In this document: positions 25,401 through 39,196 of the stretch, piece after piece
Position numbering within the stretch: position 1 is the stretch's first letter
How the letters are laid out: the number at the start of each line of letters is the position of its first letter
From: Podarcis vaucheri
Lineage: Eukaryota
Strand: one strand, 5' to 3'
DNA: 64,000 nucleotides
Assembly: GCA_965113315.1 (NCBI GenBank)
Contig: OZ220364.1
The notes under the pieces: generated by a model
Database searches by the model: none
The model's input: the letters and a program-made list of their open reading frames with translations, nothing else
Told to the model about the DNA's origin: nothing
Position numbers and translations under genes: made by a program

Positions 25401-26561
25401 ACTTCAACCTCTTTCTCTCTCCCCCCCCCCCCCACTTTCCAATGTTCTTAGTTAAAAACAACAGAGGCAAAATGGTAGGTATTGTCTCTTTAAAACCTGA
25501 GACGTGTTGCCATAATGAAGATTTTGTGTAAAGGGAAAGCTGTCACAGTGGTGCTCATAACAGAATAGCACCATGTTCAACATCTTGGAGCTCTGAAATT
25601 GGTGGGAAACACCAGGGGCTGGGGTACGGGCCAAGCGCAGTTCTCCATAGGTCTCTCTATATGTCACTCAGGGCTCTCCTCGGTCCATGTCCCTCCCCAT
25701 ACCACATCCACTTTTTCCAGGCCACACCCTCACAGTCCCTGTCCCATACCATCAAGTGCTTCTCGCTTGTCCCTGAACTGTGGTAGTGGTTCTTTCATGC
25801 CCAGGTAGAGGATGGAGAGGGGAGATTGTCTAGAACTCTCTCACATTTGGGTAGTTGAAATTCAGCTTACTGGACAAAGGTCACAACTGTTGTTCTGCCC
25901 ACCTTTTCCTCTGATCCTGCCCAGCTCTGGAATATGGGCCCTGGAAAGTTGTGCACAAGGGAATGCTTCCCTCAGACTGAAAAATGTTCCCCACCCATTC
26001 TCTAAAATAACTGCGCTAAAATTATTTCAGTCGGTGGTCTTTATCCACATTGTTGCAGTGACTAGCATAGGAAATTAGCAATATAAAACCCCCAAAGACT
26101 TTTCCTCATAGGAGGCTCTGGCAAATGATCTGGACCTTCTCAGGACCAGTTTTCCTAATTAAACTGTAACAGTGCACCTGTTCCAGTAAATGATGTTAAG
26201 AAACCTGGTTCTTTTAGAGAGCATTGCAACTAAGTTCACAAAGCTTACTAGCGCATTGAGAAAAAATGGCCAGACTACCTGTCCACATATAGTCACATCG
26301 TTGACCCGAAAGAAATGGAGAACAAGTTATTGTGATGTGGGTTTTCTTTATGGGCTTCTGATATATAAGGACCTTAAATTGTGTACAGTGAAAGTACACA
26401 CTAAAGCAAGAGACACTTCTGTCATGTATTCACTAGTGTCTCTTTTCAGTCAATGAGCAGTTTGAGGCTACAGAGAGGGGAAAGAAAGGGGTAGTCCCAT
26501 TATTGGCCATTCCCCAGACAACTTGTTGATTATTTCTGGCTATGGATACTTGCAGGTCAAG

Positions 26562-26562
<1 letters not shown>

Positions 26563-26597
<35 letters not shown>
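26563..26597. repeat. (CT)n microsatellite
   Basis: Read directly from the sequence. Confidence 0.95.
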
Positions 26598-26599
<2 letters not shown>

Positions 26600-29500
26600 C
26601 TGCAGTCAGATCTGGTCTTGCCAGCTGGCCAGGCAGTGTCCTTATCCACCTGTTTACAGCTTCCCAACCTGCTTGTTCCAGCCTCCTTTGATCAGATTCC
26701 TCATCTTAACCCCTGCCTGCAACCAGTTCTTCCTTTCTATTGACCTTCTGTATTGTTTCTCTGCTAACCTGCCTCCTAACCCCTGCCTGAGGTGCTCTGG
26801 TGCAGTGCCTCATCCTGCTCCTGCTTCCAATCCTGCCAGGACATGTACCTTCTACTCTCCACATACATGGCTGCCCGTGGCCCAGCGCTGACTAGTCTGC
26901 ATGTAAGAAGTCTCTGGTCTCTCTTCAGGAAACTCATTATATTCAGTGAACCTGAGACATCCTGGATAGATTTTGTTCTCCTTATGCTGCCTATTAGCAA
27001 AGGGAAGAGGCGATAATAGTTCGTTCATGAAGACTTGTGAAAAAGTCACATGGCTTTCCTGTGCATTCCTGTTGAGGACTCATTATGCGAAAAAGGAGTG
27101 TGTATGCCTTCAGCCAGGTGAGGTTGCCTATATTGGCATGATGCAAGGCAACAGACACCTTCATCTGCCCCAGCTGCAACAAAACATCTCTCTCCTGTGT
27201 TTTGGTCTCTACAGCCACAGCAGGCGCTGTAACTCTCCAGTGGTTTGACTCCACCCCTGAAGTTGTGCTCTTCCATTGTATCCCAAGACAGAGGGATGCC
27301 AATCTATATAACTTGCAATGTTTTCCAACGGAAAGGCTTACTTTTGACATAATCCCCATATATGTGCATGGAAATATATGTGCATGGATGGTAGAATAAG
27401 CCATCCAGGAAGCATTCTTGGAGAACGCTTATACACTAATTGGATCAATCCAGGAATCTAGCCTCAGCTCAAAAGCCAGTGCATGAACAGGCTCTGAGGA
27501 CATTCTGAGAAGAAGAAATCATGAGTTGTGCATTTAGCAGAGCCATTCAAAATGCAGAATATTAACCTCAGGGATATGGTTTGCTGTCCTGCAGCCTTGC
27601 AGCCTTTCTGTTGCCCCTGATTCTGTTCACTGAAATAATTTGGTGTGGTCCCCCCGCCCCGCTCAGTTCTGTGGTACTGTTGCTGTTAACAGGTGAACCT
27701 CACCAAGAATGTATCACTCAGTCTGTTTGCTTTAAAAAGGTTTTGTAGAGACTGCTGGTGAAAAAAGGTAATTTATGAAAATATTAGCAAGAGTTGCATA
27801 TCTGATTCCCCATGTCTGAATTTGGCCCCCAGCACTGATAAAAGCAGAGGCATGTCATTTTTCTTACCGAGCTGTTCTATCCGATGGGAATTAATGTTCC
27901 TTCTGATATCGGGGATCATTTTGTTTAGCACTGGAGGGGAGGGGGAACTCCTTGCAGTGGATTTACCAGATGAGAGATTTTCTGCTGCACAGCAATAAGG
28001 CAGAAATAATTTTAGCCTAGAAAATTGCCTCTTTCCAATTATTCTTCCCACCCCTCCCTCCCAAGACAACAAAACAATAATGTAAGTGTTGTGCAGGCAA
28101 TAGTCTAAAAATATCTCTGCTCTCCAAAAATGTGAGCCTGGTGGGAGGAGATCCTTCTCAATGTGTTGTACTGTGTGAGGCGGGAGAAGAAAAGTAATCT
28201 TGCGAACACTGAAAAGAAATGGATGTTGATCGTGCTGGAAACAAAGATTGTGTGTTCCAGCCAAGCGACATCAGTAATATAAAAAGTAGAACTGATACAC
28301 GCTTTTGCAGAAAATAGAAGATGAGCTCTGCCAATAGTAACTGCAAGTGAAAGCCAGCTTTTGCTAGTTTCCAGCAGCATCAGCCATAGTGTGGTTGGTT
28401 TTCACCAGTGCTTGTGCAGTTCAGCTTCGGCACACTGACCCTAAATGTGGCTTAGAAGTAGCATGCTGAAAGTCACACATATTGGAGAATTCTTAGGACT
28501 GCCTTGCCACAGGCTGATAACTGAACATTGGCACGGGCTAGTTTTTGACAGGTTGAAATGGTTAGGGAAGCAGGCCTCTGGGTTTGCAATGAATGGGAGT
28601 GGTTGGGATGCATCCAGGTTGTAGATTAATCTGTTGCTTTTTCACTGCTGTAATGCATTTAGGAGGCTGCAGGCAGGATACCATTTTTTAAAGCCCCAGA
28701 ACACCCCCGTACTCAAAGCTGGAAGTCAGTCATGCGCTGCGCTGCCCATTCTAACCTTGCAAAAGTTTGAGCCAACCAAATGTACTGACGGGGACAGAAC
28801 AGGGGGAAACACCTTTCAGAGGCATGTTAGTCTGTTGCAGGGAAACCATGAAAGAGTCTTCCATCTACACGATGCACTAAAAATGCATCAGACCCACTAA
28901 AATGATAGCTATGTGTACATTTATGTAGCTCTGCACATGGGAAGAATGAAACCACCCATTGCCTAAGCTGCTCCAGCACAACATGCAAAAGTTGAAGCTT
29001 CAACACGTTCCCAGTACTAAACCAGATCTGATCCACTTGTCTCTAAAAATAAGCTATAACCACTTAGTGAGGCTGTTCTCTGGCTGCTCCAAAGGTGCAG
29101 ATTATTCACCTTCTATCCAAAGCTGACACAGCAGCACTGATGGTCCCTAGCTTAAGGGTAGGATTGCTTCCTGGTACGGAGCTAGGATGGATCCGTCCTC
29201 AGATTCTTGGAGCCAAATGCCAGATCTTCACCGCTGCCAGATTGGTGTTTCTTTTGTACAATAGTGTTTGTTAAAGAGGGAAAGCAATATAGAAATTGTG
29301 GTTTGCTTGTTTTTAAAAACTAAACAGCTGCACGTAGACTAAGGCTTTTTAAAGCTCTCTCTTCTGCTCAGTGTTAAAAGATGTTTCCCAGATTGATGTT
29401 GCATGTGTCCTTGTGTATGTGCTTGCTTGAGGTGCTTCCTGTGCTCTGTAAGAACAATGTTGACTTTGCATGTCCAAAAGGATGTGAGCCCTTGAATTTC

Positions 29501-30629
29501 CAGATGTTGAAGAGGTGCCCCACCCTTGGGATTTCCTTCTTCTTGGGTACAATGGTTGAATTAGCTGTGTTGCTTGTTCCATGAATAATTAAATGCCATG
29601 TATTCTGTTAAATCCAGTGTTTCATGTACAAGCTCCACTCCCTTCCTAAAAACCCGTTCTTGATTTACGTGCTTTTATTCTGTGGGGAATTCTTCTGACA
29701 TGGTCTAAAATAATGTGTACAGAACTGATCCAGCTGAAACCAGTGGCTAAGTTACCATACATCCTCCCCTTCCCATGAACTTCAGCTACCCCAAGCTCTT
29801 CCTGCACCTACCACCAATGTGTATGTGTTCCATATAGTTCATTGTCATTATAACTCCAAGGAAGCTGCTTTCTTGTTTATCCAGACTTCTCATTATCCAA
29901 ATATTTTGCATGGCTCCCAGGCCATCCAGGAAAGAGAGGTCATGCTGCACATATTCATTTTCCCTCTTTATTTAAACTTGAAGTAAACATCTGTACAAAC
30001 AGAGGACAGACGGGAATGGGAAAGCTTGTTTGCTGGGTAGAAGACTAAACTAAAATGGCCCTTTCCCCATCTCTGGTCTAGCCACTTCTTTTGCTGAACC
30101 CCGGCTCTCTCTGGCTTGGCAAAATATTTGTTTACCTTTCAGAGATTTCAGATGACCTGAAAATCACAATTAGCCACTATTATTTCCCATGAGGAAGTAA
30201 TGGTGAAATACACTCTTCAATTATCTTGATTTTTTAAAAAAAATAAAGGCTCTCTTGGAAACCAAAGGCAAATAATATGCTCCCTGGTTATGTAGCTTGG
30301 ATATTCATTTAAAGGATCCAGAACCTAATAGGAGCATGAGAAGAAACCTGTCTGATGGGAGCAAAATCTTTGTTCCTAATAGTGGCCAGCTAGATGCTTT
30401 TAGAAAACCTACAGGCCACAAGCAGGGCACGAAGCCAAAAACAAGAGCAACAACAACCCTTCCCCATTGTATGCCTTCGGCACCTGCAAGTAGGAATGTT
30501 GGAGAATTCTGATGAAAGTGGATACAAGAATGTAAATTGCAGGTATTCACCTCTTTGTTCAGAATGAAATAAATCCAGTGAATACAAATAGTATTGCTTT
30601 CAGTTAGCAAGCAATTACATTTCATTACG

Positions 30630-30681
30630 TTTCCTTTGCATTGAAATGAGGTGCATTTCCTTTGCATTGAAATGAGGTGCA
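30630..30681. repeat. Perfect 26-bp tandem duplication
   Basis: TTTCCTTTGCATTGAAATGAGGTGCA occurs twice in tandem. Confidence 0.95.
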
Positions 30682-31089
30682 TCGTAATGACAATGTGATT
30701 GTCATAATTTATGTAATTAGTTACGTAAGTTACATAATTTTGCCATAGCGGACTGCAAGATGAATAAGGTCCTTTTGGGCGAAAGATGAACTGCAGCGGA
30801 ATGGAAACATTGCTGCTTGCTACAGGGAGGAATGGAAAATGCTGCCTACTTGCATCCCTATATTGAAGTCATTCACATATTGCCCCTGAACATGAAGATT
30901 CCCTTTAGGCACCACAGAATTCTGTCCTCCAGGAATTTCTCAATTCCCCTTGCACCAGCTCTTGCATGCCACAATCCCTCTCCCTAGGCCACTTTGGTCA
31001 CCAACCGTGCTTTGCACCCTCCTTAAGTGCTTTGGCCTGGGTGGAATGTGTTACTGAATTGTGATAATGTCTTGATTTCTAGGATGGAG

Positions 31090-31091
<2 letters not shown>

Positions 31092-31126
<35 letters not shown>
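31092..31126. repeat. (GT)n microsatellite
   Basis: Read directly from the sequence. Confidence 0.95.
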
Positions 31127-31127
<1 letters not shown>

Positions 31128-31327
31128 AAACCTCTTACTTTTGTGTGGCTGGAATGTAGCCTGCTGTCCAAAGGTAAGAATCACAGCTGTAGCTCCACCC
31201 TCATTTTGACTCTGGCTCCACCCACAACATGACAGTTGCCTCCACCCCAGAAGGTTGCTGATGGGGGAATGCAGTCCTTGGGTTGACAAAGGTTCCCTAC
31301 CCCTGGTTTATTAGAATATCAACAGTA

Positions 31328-31441
31328 AGGTAAAAAAATGTAAAGGTAAAGGACTCTTGAATGGTTAAGTCCAGTCAAAGGTGACTATGGGGTGCAGCGC
31401 TCATCTCGCTTTTCAGGCTGAGGGAACCGGAGTATGTCCAC
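31328..31441 (-). mobile_element. 5'-truncated Sauria SINE (BovB/RTE-type 3' end)
   Basis: (GGTAAA)n tail and gcgctcatctcgcttt...ggctgaggga, as in the 60.4 kb copy. 13-bp TSD AATATCAACAGTA/AATAACAACAGTA at 31315-31327 and 31442-31454. Confidence 0.85.
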
Positions 31442-33279
31442 AATAACAACAGTAGCAATCTGCGCAACTGGAGAAGTGTAAACACTAGAGAGCGGGGAGA
31501 GGACTGCTTACTTTAAAAGGAATTAGGAGAGATGAGGCCGAGGCTTCTGAATCCAGTAGGCAATGGAATAATCTGTCAAGTGGTGCAGTAGAAGGATCAT
31601 CATCTGGTGTATGTAATTAAACTAAGGGAGAGAAGAAACAATGCTAGCAATTATCTCTCTTCTCAAAAAGAATCTCAGAGGAAACAGGAGAGCTGAGTTA
31701 CGTGTCCAAGTAATCCTAAGAAACTGGATGAAAGTCCACAGCCTCTGCATACCAAGATACTGGAGTGTTATTGTAGCGGCTCCCTCTGAACTTGAAAGAT
31801 GCTGGAATTAGATGGAATTCACTACTTACAAAGCAGTCAAGGAGGCCTGCTGTGAAGTGTGTCAGAATAAAGAACTGCATATGGCAGCTTCATCTTTCTG
31901 AGGGATGGTTCAGGTGTTAAATTTTGCTCTCCCTAGCCTTTTTGTTGTTCTTACTACTACTGTGGTCAGACCACGATCCCACCACAGACCACAGCACTAT
32001 GTTTAATGGAAGCCTTCAGAAAATGGTCTCAGTTACCTAAAAAATGTTTTTTTAAAATCCTGAATGCTCACAGATTCTTGGGGTGACAGACTTTGAGACT
32101 CAAATGGCATGTTCTGGAGCTCCAGTGATGGTGGAAGTTGCTGCAGGTGAGCTCCTCCTGACTTCTGTTCAATCAAGGCAGCTCAGTTAGGTTAAGAAAG
32201 CAGCCCAAAGCGACAGGCAAACTGACCTTTTTTTATTACAGGGTTCTGGAGGTGAAGGAGGGCAATGAGTAAACGAGAGTAGATCTTTTTCCTTTTCAGC
32301 TACAATCCATTTGGGTACAAGGGGCTAGTATGTTTTGTAAAACTGTTTGCAAAGCTACCTCATTCATGTGTAGAAGACGTGTGGTTGTTGGTTTCCAGCC
32401 AAACCAAGGGCAGATCCATGTAAAAAAATATGTTTGCTTGCATGCTTGTTTCTCCACTCAGCTATGACCCAGAATCCACATGGCACAGCTGCCAACCTTC
32501 TGCATTTCTGTGATTTCCACCTCTATTCTGATCCTACGTAAACAAAATAAGATACCAAGCTGTGTGTTAATTGTCCCACGAGACTTAGAGTCAAGCAAAG
32601 TGCCCAGTACATTATCTGTTTTGAGGAGTTGGAATGGTACATTGCAGAACTTCGATTTTTAAACGTATTAAAAATTCACCTGCTTCCCTTCCCTCAGCCA
32701 ATGCTCTTGCTTCCTACAAATCTGTTGATAATGTAAAGCTGTCTAATGAGCCTGAATTAGTGTTTTAATAGAAAGGCCTTTGTTGTGTCTGTTTTCGAAT
32801 TCATTTTAAGAGTGAGATCTCACTAGATAGAGGTGTCAGAACTGAAGAAGCACTTGCAGAATTTGTATGAGCAGATCTAGATAAAAACCTGCAGTGCAAC
32901 AAGAGAAACACTTTATACCAAATGTTCCTCTGATGAGTGACAGAAGTCTCTCAATGATCTGAATTCTTCCTCCTCTCCCAGCTTGGCTATTCAGCATTTC
33001 CCCCTTTGGGAATTAGAGCTACAATGAAGGAGCTGTAATTTTGGCTCAGTGATATGGCACCAGCCCACCTATTCAGATCAGTTTATCATCAGTGCTTATT
33101 GCTGCTCTAGTTCTGTTCCTCAAGGGATAATTATGGATTTCAATAGTCCAGTGCCGCAAACAATCCTTATCTGGCAAGAGATAGATACTGGGGGAGGCTA
33201 ATAATTATTTTTCTATTTTTAAGAGCAATGGGCCATATTCCTACAATTTGCAATCAGTTCTCATTCAGGCTGTGAGCAG

Positions 33280-33510
33280 CATAAGACCCCTGCTGTAGCA
33301 AATCAGATACCTCTGAGATAGTCCAGAAAAGGGGTCAAAAAGCCTTCTGCCACTGTTTCGTCCCAGCAGTGGAGGTGCTTTCAGCTGTTACGGCTAATAG
33401 CTGTTGATATACACATCTTCCATTAATCTGTCTAATCTCCTCTAAAAGCAACCATAGATCGTAGCCAGCCCTGCATCTTGCTGCAAATAATTCTGTGATT
33501 CAGTTTCACA
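33280..33510 (-). mobile_element. CR1 LINE 3' fragment
   Basis: Diverged match to the other CR1 3' copies (gctaatagctgttgat...cttccattaatctgtctaatc). Confidence 0.45.
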
Positions 33511-33813
33511 TTCACATGTCATACTAAAACCAGGGATGGAAAATGTTTTTGAGCCCAAGGGCCACATTCCCTCCTAGGCAACCTTCCAGGGGTCACCTGC
33601 CAGCGGTGGGTGGAGCCATAGGCAAAAGTGGGTGGAGCAACAGATGATAAATTTGCCTTTGTGCAGGAAGGCTAGTTTCTACAAAGCCCCTTCTGCTGTT
33701 CTTTTTACCAAGCAAGAAGCACTGTTTCCCGTCCCTCTCTTAATGATCTGTAGTATGAAATCTGAATTTTTCACTGCTGCCACATACCCAGTTTCCTCCA
33801 AGATTACCTAAGA

Positions 33814-34030
33814 GCATAAGAAAGCAAAGACTTTTCTGGACTTGCAGCCTCTTCTCACAGATGCCTATGGGAAGCCCATAGCCAGGACCTGAGCGCAACC
33901 CACTTGTGATTCCAAGCAACTAGCATTCAGATGCACGCTGCCTCCAATAGCGAAAGTAGGACATAGCCATCATGGCTCATAGCCACTGATATCCTCCCTG
34001 AATTTGCCCAGACCCCTTTTAAAGGCATCC
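33814..34030 (-). mobile_element. CR1 LINE 3' fragment
   Basis: cataagaa tail; cagatgcctatgggaagccc...agcaactagcattcaga...catagccatcatggct. Confidence 0.65.
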
Positions 34031-35587
34031 ACATCCAGACCCCTTCAGTGCAAATGTGAAATTAGAGTTTTTTGCCCCACCATGCACCTCTGTACAGTTA
34101 CTCATACTGATGTTTCTGAATAGTTATCAGGAGATTTGTAATTTTTAATTTATCTGTTATCTTTTAGGGAGCTATTGAGTTTTTATAGAATTTGGTAGGG
34201 GAGGAATGGGTTCAAGAATTAAAGTACATGGGCTGCCTGTGGATCAAAATAGATGCTACTTTAACTGTAATGACCAGTGTAGAAGGGGTAATTTTCATTG
34301 GGACCAAAGCATGTCGAGAGTGGAGATTTCATCCTTCCCTCCCAGTCCTGATCCCAATAAAAATCACCCCGTGCCACAATTACCGTGAGAGAAAAAGCTG
34401 CCTCCCATTTGTGCCAATGGGAAATGTTCTTCCTAATACTAATTGTAGTGTAGGGGGTGATTTTCATTTGGACTGGGAATGAGAAGGAAGAGATAAATGC
34501 CTCACCCCACATGCGGTGGTCCTGATGAAAGTTGACTTAGCCTCGCCCTCACTGTTCCAGATACTGCATTTAAAACAACAAAACAAAACAGATGTGACCA
34601 TTAGCCATGCAATTAAATTAATGTCTGTTTTTGGCTCTGAGATTCCCCAAAGATGATTTCTGAATGTCTGATGAGGGCATAAAATTTCCTTGCTGAAAAG
34701 TAATAGACAAAATTTGGAAATTTCATTTTTTTTCCTCTTTCCTCTGCATCTCATATGATGTTTAACTTCTGCATTTCCCAACCCCCCTAAAGTTAGATTC
34801 TAACCCTGAAATTTACAGTAAGAGCTGATGTGTCTCCTTCCCAGCTTCTGTTGCTCATGCATTTCCTCTTTCTCTGCGTTGTGGATGCCACCCTTTTCAT
34901 CATTTCCTTAACTGTCAGCCATTTCCTTCACTCACTCCAGTATCCAGGTTTGGATCAAGACATCTGCTGCCTTTGAATCAGAAATGCCTTTTTAGCTGTT
35001 CCCAGCACAATCAACATCTCTTTTCAAGCTGAATGCTTTAGACACTGGCAGCACATAGTTGGGTGCCAATAATCTTTGTGTAATTCCTGGAAAATTTCTT
35101 TCTGCGTGCGTTCATATGAAGGTATTTGTGTAGTCATGATAACTGACAGACATTCTGACAGGCTGCCAGTCGATGAGTCCCTCACTCTGTGCATCTGTGG
35201 GCAGATGCATCCCCCAAGCTAACAAGGGAGAGCCACTCACAGAAGCACATTCCGGAGGGCAGCTGAATCCAGGTCCCCAACACTGAGAGCAAACAGAGCT
35301 AGCTATCCAGGCAAGAGTGTGGGGGCAGATCTGTTTGCATGCTGCAGCATTATTTGGGTCCAGGCCACGGTGGTTTAGCCTTATGTTTACATCTTCATAT
35401 GATTACAGCTAACCAGAAAGATGTTTTTGCCATTGGTCATCCCTGACAATGCACAAGAGCTCTTTGCACATCTCTAGCGCCCCCCTTCTCCATTGAATTT
35501 CAGATACGATGCTGCCTCGAGCATCTTTACATTAAAGGTGTTGAATATTTTTGATGTAGCAGGTCACTTTTCCTTTCCCCTCCACAG

Positions 35588-35724
35588 TTGGCCATGGGCA
35601 GAGTGAAGGAGACCGTATGGTTGTGTCAGACTTCCATGTGTTTGTCAGAGACAGCTTGCAGCACATTGACCTCATGAAGAAAGACCACCCAGGCCTCCCT
35701 GTGTTCCTTCTAGGGCACTCCATG
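35588..35724 (+). CDS. MGLL: MGLL coding exon (137 bp) carrying GHSM of the nucleophile elbow
   Basis: Long pyrimidine tract plus ccacag acceptor, GTAAGC donor. Phase-1 join gives [46 protein letters not shown]. Confidence 0.98.
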
Positions 35725-36055
35725 GTAAGCAGTCCTGCTCTATCCCTCCTTAATGGACTCTCGGCTTCCTACCCAGGAGCAGAGGACACTTTCCCCCACT
35801 CTGGTCTTTTCTGTTTCCCTACCCCTTTTTCTTCGTTTTATGTTCATTTTACATGGATAATTGCTAAAAGCAGTAATTGCACCCATAGAGTTACTTGCAA
35901 ACAGGCATGACCATGAGGGATGGGGGTCACACTCACACACACGGCACTCCCAACTCTTATTGATCTTTGGGCTCCAAAGACCAAACAGATCTTCCAGAAA
36001 TGTAAGACAGTTGAAAGGCCCCCAGTCTTTCCCCAACATTACCAAGCCAAGAACT

Positions 36056-36057
<2 letters not shown>

Positions 36058-36113
<56 letters not shown>
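36058..36113. repeat. Compound (CT)n(CA)n microsatellite
   Basis: Read directly from the sequence. Confidence 0.95.
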
Positions 36114-36114
<1 letters not shown>

Positions 36115-38895
36115 CACTTTGCAAGTTGAGTTAAGCTGTTTCCCCTCTTACTGTTTTTGGCCAATACATTTCTCTACAACTCAAGGACCGTAGTCAGTGT
36201 AACAATGGAGCACCAGTGTAGTGACTAAACAAGCCACTTTGGTGAGCTTTTTTGGTGAGAAGCTGTGAGAGGCAAGAGAAAGAGAACCCACATGACTGGC
36301 CACAATATGGCCAAGGTTTGAGAGACTAATCAAGCTCAAGGCTGAGGTAGTAAGTAGGGAAGACACAGCTTTTCCAAAGCTAGGTATGTTTTATTTCTTG
36401 TTACTCCATTAATTACTATTAATGGTTAAAGGATGAGGAACTGAAGTAAGCCCATTGCCTTCTGGGATGTCCCACTCTATGCAGAGTTGTGGCTTTCCCA
36501 TTCAATTTCTTCTCAGGCACTCTGAAATGTTGGGTAGGCACATGGCTTTAACTGTAAATCAGATGGCAGTTAAAGAAGCAGAAACTACCCAGTAGAAGTC
36601 TGTTGGTTCCTAGCAGAGCTAGCCTACACTAGGGAAAAGCTATGGTCAGAGAGATTCAGCACCAGGAGAAGGCAAGTGGAAAAAGCATGTGACTGTTAAT
36701 GTGGCACTTTGAGCCAGAGTTATGTGTTGTCTTTGTTCACAAACCATGCAAGCATGGAAGTTCATAGTAGACACGTAATAATGACCTGGGCATCTCAGTG
36801 TTCTTTTCCAAAACAAAGCTAACTCCCCCAGGTGCTTAGTCCCTGTGATTGTGGAGATAAGCTAGAGATAACCTAAAAATGGATAATGCCTCGAGAAAAC
36901 TTCAGAAACCAAAGTAAATGCTGAGCAGGACTACTTGTGATCTCGGAATGGGAGCTTCAGCATAGCTCCCTCTGCCATTCAACAAAAGAAGCATGAATTA
37001 TGCAAAATAAGCGAATATATACAAATATGCACAATTTACTCATAACTCCGAATTCTGCTTTCCTTGATGAAGACTTTTTGTTTCTTTATTGCATGAATGG
37101 GAATACTGAGTTTTAAAACAGAGAATATGCACAACCCTCATAGGAGCTTAGTTCAGTTGTTGTTGTTATTATTATTGTGTATATAAGCAAAACATAAAAA
37201 GGATCAGGAATGCAAATACAAAAGGTAGTCTGTTTGAGCCACTTGCCAGACAGTTCAGAGGAATGGTATGCCAGTATAGGGCTCTAGAACATGCAGTGCA
37301 ACAGCTTTCATTATGGGGATACATGCCCTGTTAATCTGCATCTCCAGTCATTAAGGGTTGGTTTATTTACCTGCAGTGTTGCATTTACTTGCAAAGCAAA
37401 CCCAGACTTCTGACCTCTGAGCCAGATCCCATGGCATAAAACTGGCCCTGGCTCTTTCCTTGCTATGTAATTGCCTTTGCTTGGCACAGCTAAGCAAGGG
37501 CTGGAGGCAGCTGTCAGCGCTGCAGGAGTGCCAGTGTCCACTCCTGCATCAATAGTAGGAACAGGATAGTAATTCAGTGTGTTGTTCCTTTCTATAGAGT
37601 GGCAACCAGTAGGATCAGCTCATTAGTTAAGGCCCCTGGAAGATCTTCTAAGCCAATATGATGCCCCCTCCTTTTATCTAGCATTACTACCATGCTGTTA
37701 GCCATCCCCATATCCCACGGCATTATGCTTCAAAGACTTGCCACATGAAAAGTGCATTACCTATTGTTAAGTTTAAAAAGAAAATACTGAGTCAGGATTA
37801 GTGGGTGCAGTTTTGCAACCGGGGAAATCTGAAACATGAACTCCCCTAGTTCTAAAAGCCTCACTCCCCTTTGAACAGGACCCCTATTAATTAATTCAGT
37901 TGAATTTGCCTTAGGAAACAGAGACGACTACAAATCCCATGCTCCCTGGCAGGAAAATGAAAACTTTGAACATGCTCAGGACCATCATTTTTGGTTCAGT
38001 AGGGGCTAGGCAGCCTTCTCCTGTTTCTAGAAAGACTTTTCTTTGTTTGGAATGGGTAGTAGCAGAATTCAGCACACAAAAAATAATTAATTTTAAGTTT
38101 CTGAGTGTTCCCAAGGAAAGTTCAAAGCAAAACAAAAGTAATTTTTGAGACAAGCTGATTGAGTTCACCCGTCACTAGTCCGAATGCGACCTACTTGAAT
38201 GAAGATGTTTGGTTTGAAGCTCATAGCATACCTTTAAAGGCAAATTGACTATAGCAATAGTCTGATTCCTAAATCCTCATCAAAATGAAGTCTTACATAG
38301 TCTTCTTGTCGTTTCTACATGTAAACAGGATTATGACTCTCCAGCGCCATAGAATTTCACCAAGGCAATTAATGATTTGTAATTCCTACTGAGCACTCCC
38401 TGCTTATTGGTGCCTCTGTCCTGGTTGTACTGATTTGTGATCCAAGATAGCCTTGCCATTTGATTAGTTGAAACAATGTTAAAAGACTGGTCAAATATTA
38501 GCCAACAATACTCAAGTATTTAAAGCCTTAGTTTAGTCTCTAATTGCAAAAGCCCCTGTCTCCAAGAAGATTCCAGAGTCCAGTCCTTCACAGGATTTTT
38601 AAAGACCACCACACTAGGCCTTCCTCCCCAAAGCAAATGTAAAGGACTCTCTTTCTCTGTTGAGCCCAGCTCCTACCTAGGTGTTTGTGACCTGTGCCGC
38701 TGTGGTGAAAACTCGCATATGTGTGCTTCATGCTTCTTCCTAAACTTCGTGTTTCAGTCCAGACATGCTTTTATTATTTGTACCCCGCCCACCTGAGTGA
38801 GTTGTCCCAGCCACTCTGGCCAGCTAGGATAACTGGGCGGTAAGAATAACCAGGCCCAAATGATTCAGCCTTCGTTTTCATAGACACCTCATAAG

Positions 38896-39041
38896 CAGTG
38901 GCGTAGCGTGGGTTGTCAGCACCCGGGGCAAGGCAAGTAATTTGCGCCCCCTAACCCGTGGATTTGCGCCCCCTAACCCTAACCCCCAGATGTTGCGCCC
39001 GGTGCGGCCGGCCCCCCCGCACCCCCCACGCTACACCACTG
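38896..39041. mobile_element. Young GC-rich hAT MITE (146 bp)
   Basis: TIR CAGTGGCGTAGCGTGG/CCACGCTACACCACTG (15/16). Perfect TSD CTCATAAG at 38888-38895 and 39042-39049. Many intact CpGs. Confidence 0.92.
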
Positions 39042-39196
39042 CTCATAAGCATAAGGGAAAGGTAGGGGTTGTGCCTGAGAGCTGTGCTCTGAATCCCAAG
39101 GTACCTGCAGGCCATTCACACATGAAATTGGCTGCTCTATGTGAGGCAGCCAGTTAGAGCCCCCACTCAAGCAAAGGAATCCTACACACACACACA

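Noticed and set aside
27358-27388. Short direct repeats (ATATATGTGCATGGA x2; also 30630, 55559, 57897) as a CRISPR-like array
   Set aside because: Isolated two-copy slippage duplications in eukaryotic DNA with no spacers.
13845-28380. Longer intronic ORFs (13845-14300, 27773-28264 and others) as nested genes or viral inserts
   Set aside because: No recognisable motifs, coding-like composition or consistent splice structure; their lengths are within chance expectation.
35725-35910. Read-through of the exon ORF after GHSM
   Set aside because: Strong GTAAGC donor; the extension is ordinary intron and MGLL homology resumes at 40522.
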